The notes under the pieces are model-generated. The model had not been told where the DNA came from. It did no database searches and was given only the letters and a program-made list of their open reading frames with translations. A DNA stretch of 63,670 nucleotides, the filler included, from Octopus bimaculoides (lineage: Eukaryota): the NCBI RefSeq assembly GCF_001194135.2. It is 7 parts of 7 records of this genome, joined end to end, with 100 filler letters (N's around TTAATTAATTAA, not from the genome) between each part and the next. Parts side by side here need not be neighbours in the genome. Positions count along the whole stretch, not along the records: positions 19,266 to 28,073 come from NC_069009.1; positions 28,174 to 41,230 come from NC_068982.1; 5 more parts are not named here. One strand, 5' to 3'. This document shows, one piece after another, positions 26,080 through 39,114 of this stretch. The position numbers and the translations under genes are program-made. The number at the start of each line of letters is the position of its first letter. Position 1 is the first letter of the stretch.

Positions 26080-26497
26080 AGAGTATTCATGTTCATGTGC
26101 GTCCTTAAATTTTGTTTCAAGGGAGACTACTCTGAATTATATCATCTAATATTTGAGAGTTATCTCCCTTACCACTATAACATTTTATATACGTTACTTA
26201 TAAACTACTTTTTATGGCCTATCGTTTGCATTTCTTAAACATTGGAACGCAGCCATGCTGGAGCACTACGTTCAAGTGCTTAGTTAACCACACAGAGCTT
26301 AGTGATTCACTTTCCTCAGATTGTCACTTATTTGTTCGTTCTCTCTTCATATAGCAGCTATGTTACAGGGATGGAAACAGTGTGTCAAGTGGTGGAGATC
26401 GGACAAACACAAACAAACATGGATATATATGTATAAGTGTGTGTGTGTGTGTGTGTGTGCATGTGTGTATATATATATATGTATATATAAATATATA

Positions 26498-28061
26498 GGG
26501 GCACATGGGGGAGACTTAACCCACCTCCACTCACTCTTTTTTTGGGGGGAGTTAATCATTCTAAAAAAAAATTTCAATTTTACAAACAAATATTTTTCAG
26601 AATCATAATATCCGTNNNNNNNNNNNNNNNNNNNNNNNNNNNNNNNNNNNNNNNNNNNNNNNNNNNNNNNNNNNNNNNNNNNNNNNNNNNNNNNNNNNNN
26701 NNNNNNNNNNNNNNNNNNNNNNNNNNNNNNNNNNNNNNNNNNNNNNNNNNNNNNNNNNNNNNNNNNNNNNNNNNNNNNNNNNNNNNNNNNNNNNNNNNNN
26801 NNNNNNNNNNNNNNNNNNNNNNNNNNNNNNNNNNNNNNNNNNNNNNNNNNNNNNNNNNNNNNNNNNNNNNNNNNNNNNNNNNNNNNNNNNNNNNNNNNNN
26901 NNNNNNNNNNNNNNNNNNNNNNNNNNNNNNNNNNNNNNNNNNNNNNNNNNNNNNNNNNNNNNNNNNNNNNNNNNNNNNNNNNNNNNNNNNNNNNNNNNNN
27001 NNNNNNNNNNNNNNNNNNNNNNNNNNNNNNNNNNNNNNNNNNNNNNNNNNNNNNNNNNNNNNNNNNNNNNNNNNNNNNNNNNNNNNNNNNNNNNNNNNNN
27101 NNNNNNNNNNNNNNNNNNNNNNNNNNNNNNNNNNNNNNNNNNNNNNNNNNNNNNNNNNNNNNNNNNNNNNNNNNNNNNNNNNNNNNNNNNNNNNNNNNNN
27201 NNNNNNNNNNNNNNNNNNNNNNNNNNNNNNNNNNNNNNNNNNNNNNNNNNNNNNNNNNNNNNNNNNNNNNNNNNNNNNNNNNNNNNNNNNNNNNNNNNNN
27301 NNNNNNNNNNNNNNNNNNNNNNNNNNNNNNNNNNNNNTATATATATATATATATAGTGAAGTATATTGCCACTTAAGTGTGGCTGACCCCTAGGGGTGGA
27401 TGTTACTGTTGCTTTTAGCCCCAGAAGAATTTCACATAATGAAAATCTACGCTATCTGAAGTATATATGTAGACAATTTTGCAAAGAAACAAAGCATGCC
27501 GATATGGTAATTTTTCGAAATTTCTACCTTCCTCTAGGAAAAAATTTTCTAAAATACTCCAATATAATTAGTATCTACACCATATGTCAAACATTTTTGT
27601 AAAAATGTCAAAGTTTCTTTAAATTAAAAGGAAACAAAGTCGAAGTGCAGAGTATGTACACATTCGATACAGAGTATGTACGTATGTGCCAAAAAAGAGT
27701 TTGTGTGAGATTTGACTCTTTTTTCTAGCATGTGGATATCCTGTTTGAAGCCCGTAGAAGGCGCTGATTTACATTGTTTTCATTTTTGTTGTTTATTTTT
27801 TGGGTTTTTCATTTTTGAAAAGAAACAATTATTTTGCAGAATAATAATCTCCGTTTTTTTTTCCTATTCCCCCCTCCCACAAAATATCAGCAAAAAGTGA
27901 AAAAAGAAGAAACGAGGGCGCAACTGAAATTTTGAAATTTTGATTTTTGCAATTTTTTTTTTTTTCTGTTTTGGAATCGGTATCTGCATAACGGAAAACA
28001 TGGATTTTCGTAATGAGACAAAAACGTGGAAGGGGTGGGTTACGTCTCCGCCATGTGTACC
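26498..28061. mobile_element. Non-autonomous TIR element inserted in TA
   Basis: Left end ggggcacatgggggagacttaacccacc matches the reverse complement of the right end (ggtacacatggcggagacgtaacccacc). Both ends are flanked by TA, and a gap lies inside. A related end occurs at ~19423. Confidence 0.7.
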
Positions 28062-28173
28062 TATATATATATANNNNNNNNNNNNNNNNNNNNNNNNNNN
28101 NNNNNNNNNNNNNNNNNTTAATTAATTAANNNNNNNNNNNNNNNNNNNNNNNNNNNNNNNNNNNNNNNNNNNN

Positions 28174-29702
28174 GTATCCTCTGTTAATACATGTTCGTTT
28201 ATTTTGTTTTTATTTATTTATTTGTTCATGTGTTTATATCTACTTCCTTTTTTGTGTGCTTTTTTTGTTGTTTTGTTTTTGTTTTTTGTATTTAATTTAA
28301 TTTTGTTAATGTATGTAGTATTTAATTCCATTTGTTTATCTATGTATTGTATTATATTTTGTTCATATTGTTATCGGTTTATGGGGATTTTATTGTCATA
28401 TATTGTGGTTTGTTGGGGGTGTGTGCTAGTGTTCCATTCCAGTTTCCTATTCAGGCTAGGTTTATCTTCTATTACGTGTGTAGCTTCTGTAATTTGTCTA
28501 AGTGCGGCATCTATTCTATATGTGGACAAGATTTTAATTTCAATGTTGTTGAGTGAGCCTCCGTGTTCCTGCTCAGCCTGCTGGTACAGAACTGATGAGC
28601 TTTTCTCTTCCTTAAGTTCCCTCCAATTTTCATTTACCCGCTCTCCTATGCTCCGTGCTGTTTCCCCTACATATGTCGTTGTCTTGTTACTGAATCATCC
28701 CTCTGTACATCTTATACTATAGACCACATTTCTGGCTTTACAGTTTGTTTGTGGGCTAAATCTACATACAGTACAGTTCCTATCAGTGCAGGGGGTTCAA
28801 CTGATAAGGGAGTTGATAGGGTTGCCTGGCCTTTCAACAACCTTAATTCTTAGCTTAAGCTTGTCTAGGACCCTTCTAAAGCGGTACACCAGTTCGCCTC
28901 TAGGGGTGGTGTTGACGAACATGACGCTCTTATATTTGTGGCTATCATACCATGAGTTGGCTTTCCCTATTTTCTTCTTAATCCTTTCAATGGTGTTTCA
29001 TGATTTGCTCCTATAGAGTGGGCAAATCCCATTTCTATCGTTACAGTTGATGGGTTCAAATTTCATCATAGCTCCTTTGTATACTCTGATCCTTTCTTTA
29101 TGGCTGTAACCTGATAACTGCATGCAGTGAATGAAATGTTGTATATGTCTCTTTAACTCTGTAGGGTTGCACATGTAGGACACATTTCGCATTACTCTGA
29201 CGAGGTCTGCCATCGATATATTGAATTTGGCATTGTCCGCAATAGCTGAGTTCCAGTGGATCAGGTATCTGGAGGCCATAGGTTTGGCATAGTGTGAATG
29301 AAAGATTCGGGTTTTATTATCCTCATTTTCTAGCCAGAGTTCAGTATCTAGTACAAGTAATCTATGGTTAGGGTGTTTAGTAGGGTAGTCTATCGTAACC
29401 TTAATACTCTGGTGGATGGAGTTAGCTATTTGCTGGATGCTCTCCATTGTATTAGTTTCTATTTCTATTTCAAGAGTACTCTCTTGTGGGGGTGTCTTTA
29501 CCACTACATTGATATCATCAACATATCGAGAGTACATATTCATGAGTATGGAGTTCTGTGTCAGGCGTTCCTTAAGCCTTCTGTCCCACCATACCATGAA
29601 AAGATTGGCCACATCACCAGCGATACTAACACCGATGGCTGCCCCCTCGTCCTGGGCGTATATTTTGTTGTTAAACTTAAATGTGTGGCCTTTTAGGGTA
29701 AC
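28174..29702 (-). mobile_element. Penelope-like element (RT C-half plus GIY-YIG), 5' truncated
   Basis: HTFKFNNKIYAQDEGAAIGVSIAGDVANLFM...RYVDD...LLVLDTELW...HYAKPMAS (ORF 28998-29612), followed by a frameshifted GIY-YIG region. Confidence 0.9.
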
Positions 29703-29716
29703 TCTTATACTAGCTC

Positions 29717-30950
29717 CTAGTATAAGAAAGGATCAGAGTATACAAAGGAGCTATGATGAAATTTGAAACCATCAAACGTAAGGATAGGAATGGGATTTGC
29801 CCACTCTATAGGAGCAAATCATGGCACAGCATTGAAAGGATTAAGAAAATAGGGAAGCCCAACTCATGGTATGATAGCCACAAATACCAGAGCGTCATGT
29901 TCGTCGACACCACCCCTAGAGGCGCACTGGCGTACCGCTTAAGAAGGACCCTGGACAAACTTAAGCTAAGAATTAAGGTTGTTGAAAGGCCAGACAACCC
30001 TATCAAATCCCTTATCAGTAGAACCTACCCTTTTAATAGAACCCCTTGCACTGATAGGAACTGTACTGTATGTAGATTTAGCCCACAAACAAACTGTAAA
30101 GCCAGAAATGTGGTCTATAGTATAAGATGTACAGAGGGACGATTCAGTAAGACAACGATGTACGTAGGGGAAACAGCACAGAGCATAGGAGAACGGGTAA
30201 ATGAAAATTGGAGGGAACTTAAGGGAGAGAAGAGCTCATCAGTTCTGTACCAAAACGCTGAGCAGGAACACGAAGGCTCACTCAACAACATAGAAATTAA
30301 AATCTTGTCCACACATAGAACAGACGCAGCACTTAGACAAATTACAGAAGCTACACACATAATAGAAGATAAACCTAGCCTTAATAGGAAACTGGAATGG
30401 AACACTAGCACACACCCCCAACAAACCACAACATATGACAATAAAATCCCCATAAACCGATAACANNNNNNNNNNNNNNNNNNNNNNNNNNNNNNNNNNN
30501 NNNNNNNNNNNNNNNNNNNNNNNNNNNNNNNNNNNNNNNNNNNNNNNNNNNNNNNNNNNNNTGGAATTAAATACTACATACATTAACAAAATTAAATTAA
30601 ATACAAAAAACAAAAACAAAACAACAAAAAAAGCACACAAAAAAGGAAGTAGATATAAACACATGAACAAATAAATAAATAAAAACAAAATAAACGAACA
30701 TGTATTAACAGAGGATACAGATAATACAGGCACTCCCCATACACACACATGCACTTACAAAACATAAGACACACATAGAGGGATACGCATGTGTAGACAC
30801 ATACAATAGGAATACAAAATGGCTGACCGTTAGCAAGGAGGGACACACATATAAGAAAGAAGAAAGCAAAGGACCACTGATGAGGTCACAGAAGTGTGAC
30901 AAAAGAACTCTGGCTGAAATTTGATTAATTTAATGTAATTTAATATAAAG
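29717..30950 (+). mobile_element. Penelope-like element inverted partial copy (linker, GIY-YIG, 3' region/pLTR)
   Basis: ORF 29753-30463 with C-x4-C-x2-C-x7-C then RNVVYSIRC...YVGETAQSIGER...EA..I..DKPSLNRK. It is roughly 90% identical (by eye) to the reverse complement of 28174-29100. Confidence 0.9.
30874..30913 (+). ncRNA. Decayed hammerhead in the PLE 3' region
   Basis: cca CTGATGA g gtcaca gaag tgtgac aaaa gaa CTC tgg. G12 appears mutated to A. Confidence 0.6.
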
Positions 30951-31229
30951 CTGAAGCAAATTAACACCAATTATACAGTGTGTGTGTTTTTTATTGGCTA
31001 CACTGGCAACATGACCATCCCCAAATACAACAATATCTGTTTCAACACACGGTTTCACATCAAAAGTCTTGCAAAACAAATATATATATATCATAAATAT
31101 ATATAAACAATATGAGAGATCACTATATGGATCCCTCGTATGCTAAAAATAGACGTCAAACCATCTTACCATTGTTGTGTCAGCAAGTATGAAATTTCTA
31201 GAAAAGAAAAAGAAGTTTGCCGGTGTTTT

Positions 31230-31960
31230 ATAAATAAAAGGAATAGTCCTATTCACCAAAATATGCACCCATATTGTCAATACACTTTTGACATTTCAGC
31301 TGTTGCTTGTCCAGCCTCGGAGTGTAAAAGCAATCTAGAGTCAAAAAATCTTGGAAGGCCTGTTTTACAGCATCGTCGGAATTAAATTTCTTTACTATCA
31401 AAAAATTATCCAAATTCTGGAAGAAGTGGTAGTCACTGGGGGCAAGATCAGGTGAGTATGGTGGATGATGGAGAACTTCCAACTTTAACTCCTGTAGTTT
31501 CGCCTATGTCAGTTTTGTGATGTGTGGTCTGGCATTGTCTTGAAATAAAATAGGAGCGGATCTGTTGACTAATCCAGGCTGTTTTTTTTTTGTAAGTTTC
31601 TGCATCATTTGGCCCAATTGGCTGCAGTATACTTCAGCCATTATTGATGAGCCAGGTTTAATGAAATCATAATGGTTCACACCTGCACCAGACAACCAAA
31701 CACACACCATCAGCTTCTTTTGATGAAGTCTACTTTTTGGACTGTGTTTTGGTGGCTCATCTTTGTCCAACCATTGAGCTGAAAATTTACAGTTGATGTA
31801 TTGGATCCATTTCTCATCACATGTTACAATTCGATTCAAAAATGATTCATTTTTGTGACGAGAAAGTAGCATAATGCAGGCTTCCAAATGATGCTGTTTC
31901 TGATTTTCATTGAGTTATGTGCAGCCCACTTATCCAACTTTTTCACTTTACTGATTTGAA
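31230..31960 (-). mobile_element. Mariner (DD34D) transposase pseudogene, catalytic half
   Basis: RIVTCDEKWI, KKLMVCVW, LFQDNARPH, HPPYSPDLAPSDYHFF; frameshifted. Confidence 0.92.
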
Positions 31961-32699
31961 CTAGCTAACACCAAAGAACAACGACAATTCACGGGCACTC
32001 TGAGATGGATCATATGCCTGAAGAGAATGGTCCGATCAAACATTTGATTTTTTAAATTATTTAATCCACCATTTCTTTTAAAATTTTAACCTTGTGATTC
32101 TGATGAGAGAAATATAGAATATTCCTATTATATATATATATATATATAATTGTGGAGGCCCAGTGGTTAGGGCAGCGGACTCGCACCCATAGGAATGCGG
32201 TTTCACTCACTCACTCTATCTCTCTTTTATTCTTTTACTTGTTTCAGTCATTTGACAGCAGCCATGCAGGAGCACTGCCTTAAGTCGCGCAAATCAACCC
32301 CAGTACTTATTGTATTGGTCTCTTTTGCTGAACTGCTAAGTTACGGGGACGTAAGCACACCAGCATTGGTTGTCAAGCAATGTTGGGAGGACAAACACAC
32401 AAACATATTCACACACATACATATATATAATGGGATTCTTTCAGTTTCTGTCAACCAAATCCACTCACAAGGTTTTCATTGGCCTGAAGCTATAGGAGAG
32501 GGCTCTAACCCAAGGTGCCACACAGTCGGACTGAACCTAGAACCATGTGGTTCTAGCAAGCCACTTACCACACAGCCACTCATGTGCCTGGCCGCAGTCA
32601 AATGACTGAAACAAGTAAAAGAATAAAAGAATATGTTCATATGATGATATCTCCACAATGTGTTGATGAGAAAAACATCTAATCGATACCAATATAACA

Positions 32700-33330
32700 A
32701 GACATTTCTCCGAAAAGGTCTAAAGTAGACTCCTTATGGATCGATCTCCTTGGTTATAAATCAAAAATTTAAATGAGAGTTTTGACGCTGATATCCATTA
32801 TTATTGAAGTTTATTCCTATGTCAACATTTCTGTATAAGACTATATTTAACTGTCAAATTCAAGTTAAATAGATAAATTACCTTACACATCTTCAGGGTA
32901 AAAGGTAAAGAACAAAAAGTAAACACCAAAAACATCGTCTCTAAGTCCAGTTCATATTCAAATTTCTCCTTAAATAAAGGTCTGTCAAAGGGAATGGAAA
33001 TCTATATTATATTATCTCTAGAAACTTTAGCAAAAAATCACAACTGCTATTGGTAAATTATACATTGATATGGCCTGCCTTAAGACCTAATATTATACTA
33101 TAATATACTATAATAACCCGATCATACTGCAATTTATAACTCATTTAAACCAGAGAAACGTGTGTTTCGGATAATCGGTACATCTGAGAGCATTATTAGT
33201 TAGTTTATTTATCAACTTACCCTTAGAGAATAATATAAAATATAATTCTAGATTACATAACAAGCAATATCTCCTACCTTTGTCATACGGGAAAGATCTC
33301 CCAATGATTGACCATTCTAACAAATGTTAA
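32700..33330 (-). mobile_element. Decayed PLE 3' end (GIY-YIG C-terminus and pLTR)
   Basis: WSIIGRSFPYDKGRRYCLLCNLELYFI...LINK...C (33141-33323), followed downstream by a hammerhead. Confidence 0.7.
32816..32898 (-). ncRNA. Type I hammerhead, 58-nt stem II
   Basis: cc CTGAAGA tgtgtaagg...tatttaact/agttaaata...tcttataca GAAA tg ttga c ATA gg. Stem I has only 2 clear bp. Confidence 0.75.
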
Positions 33331-33774
33331 TATTAATATTATTTCTTTTTAAATATTTTTCATCATTTTTCATTGCACACAGCCCATAACTGTCAATACA
33401 CACTAAAATTTAAATATAGCTATCATATCCCACTAGATGCTTACTATTATTTATTTGAATTAAAAGGTATATACGTGTTGCTGTACACACTTTTATGTGT
33501 AAGCGTGTGTATTTAGGTGTATTAGATGTGTGTGTGTGCGATTTTTGTTATATTTTGTCTCTGTTCTTTCCTACTTATATTTAAAAATATACATTGGCCA
33601 AAACAGTTCTAGTTCTTACACAGATAGACTCAACATTACATTAACACGTTCCTAAATCTCTTTTTTCATATTTCACATTCTTGTTATGAATATCTGATCA
33701 ACTTTATCAGACACAGGCTCTCTGTAGTTTTATTGTAATATTCTTTTGTTAAAACCTTCTTTCATGTTTTATGA

Positions 33775-34020
33775 ATTTTTTCCACATCCCGATGACCTTG
33801 CACTAATTGCCCAGTCACTATCAGAACTAGAGAAGTTTCAGGTGTGGAAGCAAGGACTAGAATCGAAGGGCCTTAGAGTCAACCTAACTAAAAACAAAGT
33901 CCTAATAAGTAGGAAGGTAGACAAAACATAAACCCCTTCAGGTAGATGGCCCTGCTCGATCTGTAGGAAAGGTGTAGGTTGACTCTATAAGAGGTACCCA
34001 GTGTTAACTATGGACACATA
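33775..34020 (+). mobile_element. RTE-clade LINE RT fragment
   Basis: PDDLALIAQSLSELEKFQVWKQGLESKGLRVNLTKNKVLIS; same family as 62284-63135. Confidence 0.85.
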
Positions 34021-34276
34021 AGCAAATTAAGTAAATTGCCTTTACATATTTATCACTATCAGTTACAAAATGAGCCTGAATAAACATTGCCGGACAGTAA
34101 ATAGAGACTCGGACATTGCTTAGAAAATATTTTTCGTTTTTAACGCCGTATATAGTACGCACTAGGGATTTTGACCATTAAATTTTGGGAAAAAATTGTG
34201 GATTATACTCAAAGATTTATGGTACATATATATATATATATAACTTTTATTTCTATGTGTTTTGCTCCATTTATTA

Positions 34277-34324
<48 letters not shown>

Positions 34325-34325
<1 letters not shown>

Positions 34326-34520
34326 TTATCATCATCGTTTAACATCCACTTTCAATGCTGGCATGGGTTGGAGGGTTTGACTGAGGGCTGGCAAGCCAGA
34401 AGGCTGCACCAGGTTCCAACCTGTTCTGACAAAGTTTATACAGCTGGATACTCTTCCTAACGCCAACCACTCCGAGAGTGTAATGGGTGCTTTTTCCTTG
34501 CCACTGCATGAGAGCTAGTC
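34325..34520 (-). mobile_element. RTE 3' UTR-type tail with (TGA)n end
   Basis: Reverse complement acccattacactctcggagtggttggcgttagg matches 63639-63670. Confidence 0.7.
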
Positions 34521-34539
34521 AGGTGGTACTGGTATTGAC

Positions 34540-36620
34540 CATGGAACCATACTGCTCTACACCTCCACGCTTCAACCTCGAAGATCATAAGAAGGACTTT
34601 ATAACCAAACCATCGAAATGCCTCATATGCCTCACCAAATCTGACCTGGGAAGAATAAGTAAAAATATTTTGGACAAAATAATACCAATTGTCAAGGAGA
34701 GATTAAACTTATGGACCTGTACAGGTGGTTATAACATGGTTCCATCTCTTAAACAACAAAAACTCTTATTCTTTCCTACAATTCAATATAAATAATTACT
34801 ATTCTTCTATTTCTCCCAAACTTCTTAATCAAGTTCTTCTTCTAGCTAGGACACTCAAATTAAACTTACCCCACTAGAAATTAACACGATCCTCAATGCC
34901 CGTAAAACCCTTATTTCTTTTGAGGACAAACGCTGGTGCCAGGCCAATCACTATAACAATACCAATAACTATATCAATTTATTTAACATTACAATGGGAT
35001 CATTTGACTCCACCCAGGTCACCAACCTTGCTGGCCTATACATACACCACCTGCTCCTAATACATTTTTCTAATTTCAAGCGAGGCCTCTACAGAGACAA
35101 TGCCTTGCTAGTTACCAAGAGCATAAATAAATCCTCTTTAGAATGAGTGACAAAAGATCTACACAAACTTTTCTCTAGCGTAAACCTGTGAATTATGTTT
35201 GAAAATTCTCACAAAACTAACATAACTTTAAACTTAGAAACCTCCCTTATCACAGACCTAACCAATACCTTAAATACCTAAACATTCATTCTAATCACCA
35301 CAAATCCACCTATGATAACATAGTCAAGGGTATCTCGATCCGTATAACTGACCTCTCTTCTACTGAGGAAATATTCAATAACCATGCACCATATTACAAC
35401 GAAGTGCTCACTGCCAGCGGTATCTTCCAACAAATAAAATACATCTCTAATACCAGGCTCAAGCAACATATATCTCAAATCACATTGCAATGACACACCA
35501 ACCATCAGAATCACAACAAACCACATATACACTTTGCTAGAATCCCAGGAGAATTTGCATTAGGACAACCTAAACCCCACATACACACATATAACACTAG
35601 GTCAAAAGCTAAAACAGCCAAAACAGCTAGCAACAATGAGCCGTTCTACCCACCTCCATTTTCCAAAAATATGGATAGCACTACCTCTAAACACCCCCGC
35701 AAAAAAGTGGTGGATGCTCCATTCTATGGTATACACTCCATTTCTCACTAAATGTTAAGAACTTGGCTATATCCTTCTTTAATAAACTTCCCTCGTCAAA
35801 ATAAATATTACTCTATCTTTAATAGATCCACCCTGAAGTTATCCTATTCCACTCCACCCAACTTTGAGTCTATCATAGCAGTCTCTAATAAACACACTAT
35901 AATAACTCTGAATACACAAATACCCAACATGTACACAGCTCCTGCATTGAACCCCATACGTTAGACCACAACCATAACCCAACCCATCCTACTAGCACTA
36001 CCCAGAATACTACCACAACTTCCACTACCCTTACAGATAGAATAATTAACAATGATAATAACAATAATAGTAATAATATTAATAATACTAGTAACTTAGA
36101 CTTTTCTACACCATCCTTAACCTCTCCTCTCACAGTATTATCTCCTCCATTCCTGAAAATAATGCCCAAAATACATCCACTTGTAACTACTGTCTTGAGT
36201 TCATCTGCCTTCTACAAACCCATTGTAGATCTAATGTAATTTATAAATGCACCGTCCTCAACACATTACACAATTCTACAACCATAAATTTTAAACAGCA
36301 ATATGCTGCCCATCCCAGTTCTTTTAGATATGAGAAACACAGTAAATCCACAACACTTGCCAGTCACATACACCATCTCAGAAATAGAAATATTCCCTAC
36401 ATTTTGTCATGGTCCACAATAGATTCAGGGCTTCTATACCAAGGTCAACACTTAGCCTGTAAGTTATACCTTAAAGAGGCATTCCACATATCAAAACACA
36501 ACTCCTGAGCACTACTAAATAAATATGAGACACTAAGTACATGGAACAACCGCTTTTTTCATACCTTCAAATTTTACAACAAATCTAAATGCAGCCTAAA
36601 TAACCACACGGTATATATCC
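34540..36620 (+). mobile_element. Heavily decayed near-full-length Penelope-like element (LYRDD-type RT, low-complexity linker, GIY-YIG)
   Basis: LEDHKKDFITKP...KSDLGRISKNILDKI; FNITMGSFDSTQV; GLYRDNAL; C-terminal FKQQYAAHPSSFR...LSW..CKLYLKEA. Confidence 0.8.
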
Positions 36621-36787
36621 ACATCTTGTAGGTAATCCCCAACAACCCTACTTACCTTCATTTTAATTTTTAACTCCCCTATCTTATTCTAAGGATCATT
36701 TAATACTACATATATGGACATACAAGTGGATACACATGTGTGTAAATGTGTGTACATGTAGTTTATGCATGTATGTATTTGTATGTG

Positions 36788-36855
<68 letters not shown>

Positions 36856-36875
36856 TATATATCTGNNNNNNNNNN

Positions 36876-36926
<51 letters not shown>

Positions 36927-37449
36927 AATGTATACAAATGAGTGTGTATATATGTATAAGTAAGTACCTGTATGCATGCATGGGTGTGACTGCAAATGCG
37001 TGCATACCTGCACGTATGTGTGTTCTTGCATGTATGTGTACATATATAGACGTATGTATATGTCTGTATATATGTGTGTATGTGTATATGTATACATATT
37101 AGCACATGTATATGTATGTGAGTGCATGCATATGTAAGTCATTATACCTTCTTTCCTCCCCTTGGATTCCTACCTATCACTAACCTGTCACATACATCTA
37201 TTTATAGTAATTTGGCATCCTAGTATTCTTCCCTCCATTTCAAAATTTACTACCAAAACTACTATTTACTTTGGTATCACTCCACCCATACCTTTTCTCT
37301 ACCCATCCCTTAATGCAGCTGTCATATCACCCCCACTCACATATTTCACATTCTTTTACTCTTTACCTTCTCATCTCTTCCTATCACTCTCCCACTCCTC
37401 CCCCATTCTCCTGTCACATCATCTTGACCACAAACTAACACCCCTTTTC

Positions 37450-39114
37450 TCACTTCTTTGGGAATTGAAGGAAAATGGTATTGATTTTAACCTTAAATGG
37501 GAAATCATCAGGAAACATAGGGCCAATAGCAGATCATTATCTAATAAAATTTGGAAATTGAAGGAAAATGGTATTGATTTTAACCTTAAATGGGAAATGG
37601 TATTGATTTTAACCTTAAATATCCCTATAGAAAGGAAAATGAAGTCACTAAGTATGTTAGTAGATCATCTAATCACCCCCACCCCAAATGTTTTAAAATC
37701 TATTGTAAAAAACATTCCCAAAAGAATAACTAAACAGTCCTCAAACTATGACCTCTTTAACTCTAATTCACATTACTACAATGAAGCTTTATCTAGAGCA
37801 GGCTATGACCAAGAAATTTCTTTCCTCAATCCTAGTAAATCTATTAAATGTGATAGTAGCAACAAAGAAAATGATACCAATAATAATAATCTAATTATCG
37901 TAAATAATGGCAAGAAAAGACCTAATAATAGTCTATCCTGCTTAAGCAATAAGAATAAAAATGAAATACAACCTGATAATTGTCTACATAATCATATTAA
38001 CACTAATAAAATACCTAGGTTAAGAAATTATAATAATGGCCATAAGAGTAGGAAAATTACTTTACATAACGAGATAGATCCCAATAAGAAAACTACAAAT
38101 GATAGTAGAAGCAATAATATAACCCCAAATACTTATGATAACCACAAATCCCTATTATATCACAAATTTAAAAGAAAAAATTCTATATGGTTTAACATCA
38201 CTTACAACTATGCAGTATCCACGAACATCTATAAGAAATTTATGGATATCTTACAAAAAAATTTCAACCCTATCCATAGATATTATAAAATCTTTTCTCA
38301 ACACACAATCCGTATCTCATACTCTACTCTCCCCAATATAGGATCTATCACCAATAAGTTGAATAAAAAGAACATTGAATTAGCTAGGACTCTTGAAAAT
38401 AAGAATTGTCTTATTATTGATGGAAATACAAATAACTACCAGACAATTAATAACACCAATGCAACCAATAATCATGTACATGATAATACCAATAACACAG
38501 TGAATACTAACGAAGAAATTCACAATGAAAATCCCAATAACAATCCAATAAATAACAACAATAATTCTAATGACCATTTAAATGGTAGTGATGATAATAC
38601 TCAAAGCAGTTACCTTGAAACTAATTATAACACATCTAACCCCTTAAACGTTAATCTTAATCAACTTAATGAACATAATAATACTTCAACTGTGAACAAA
38701 GTTGATGAGATAAATCTTCTTAGCTCAAATAATATCAATTGCATATCCAGTAATACAACCAACAATATTGATATAATCAATTACGATAATTGTATTAACA
38801 ATCAACATAATAATATATACATAGCTAATAATCCCCTTAATTGCAATTGTAGAATTAAGGCCCACTGCCCGGTATCTGGCCGTTGTTTAGCCCGTAATGT
38901 GGTCTATAAATGTACAGTAACTACTCCAACTAATAATTATATTTATGTTCGTTGCACAATCAATCTTAAACAGCGATTATACAATCACTTATCATCGTTT
39001 AGACTTAAACATAAGGCCAATAGCACATCATTATCTAATAAAATTTGGGAATTGAAGGAAAATGGTATTGATTTTAACCTCTTCATTATTAATCTGTGCT
39101 TAAGTATGTTTTAA
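37450..39114 (+). mobile_element. Penelope-like element: RT thumb, Asn-rich linker and GIY-YIG within the 650-aa ORF 37162-39114
   Basis: KSIVKNIPKRITKQSSN...YNEALSRAGY; IWFNITY...HRYYKIFSQHTIRISYS; CNCRIKAHCPVSGRCLARNVVYKC...YNHLSSF. The first ~95 aa of the ORF are read-through flank. Confidence 0.88.

Noticed and set aside
32100-32123. CTGATGA ga GAAA tata
   Set aside because: There is no stem II between the core halves; the nearby CTGAAGA at ~32017 also lacks GAAA.
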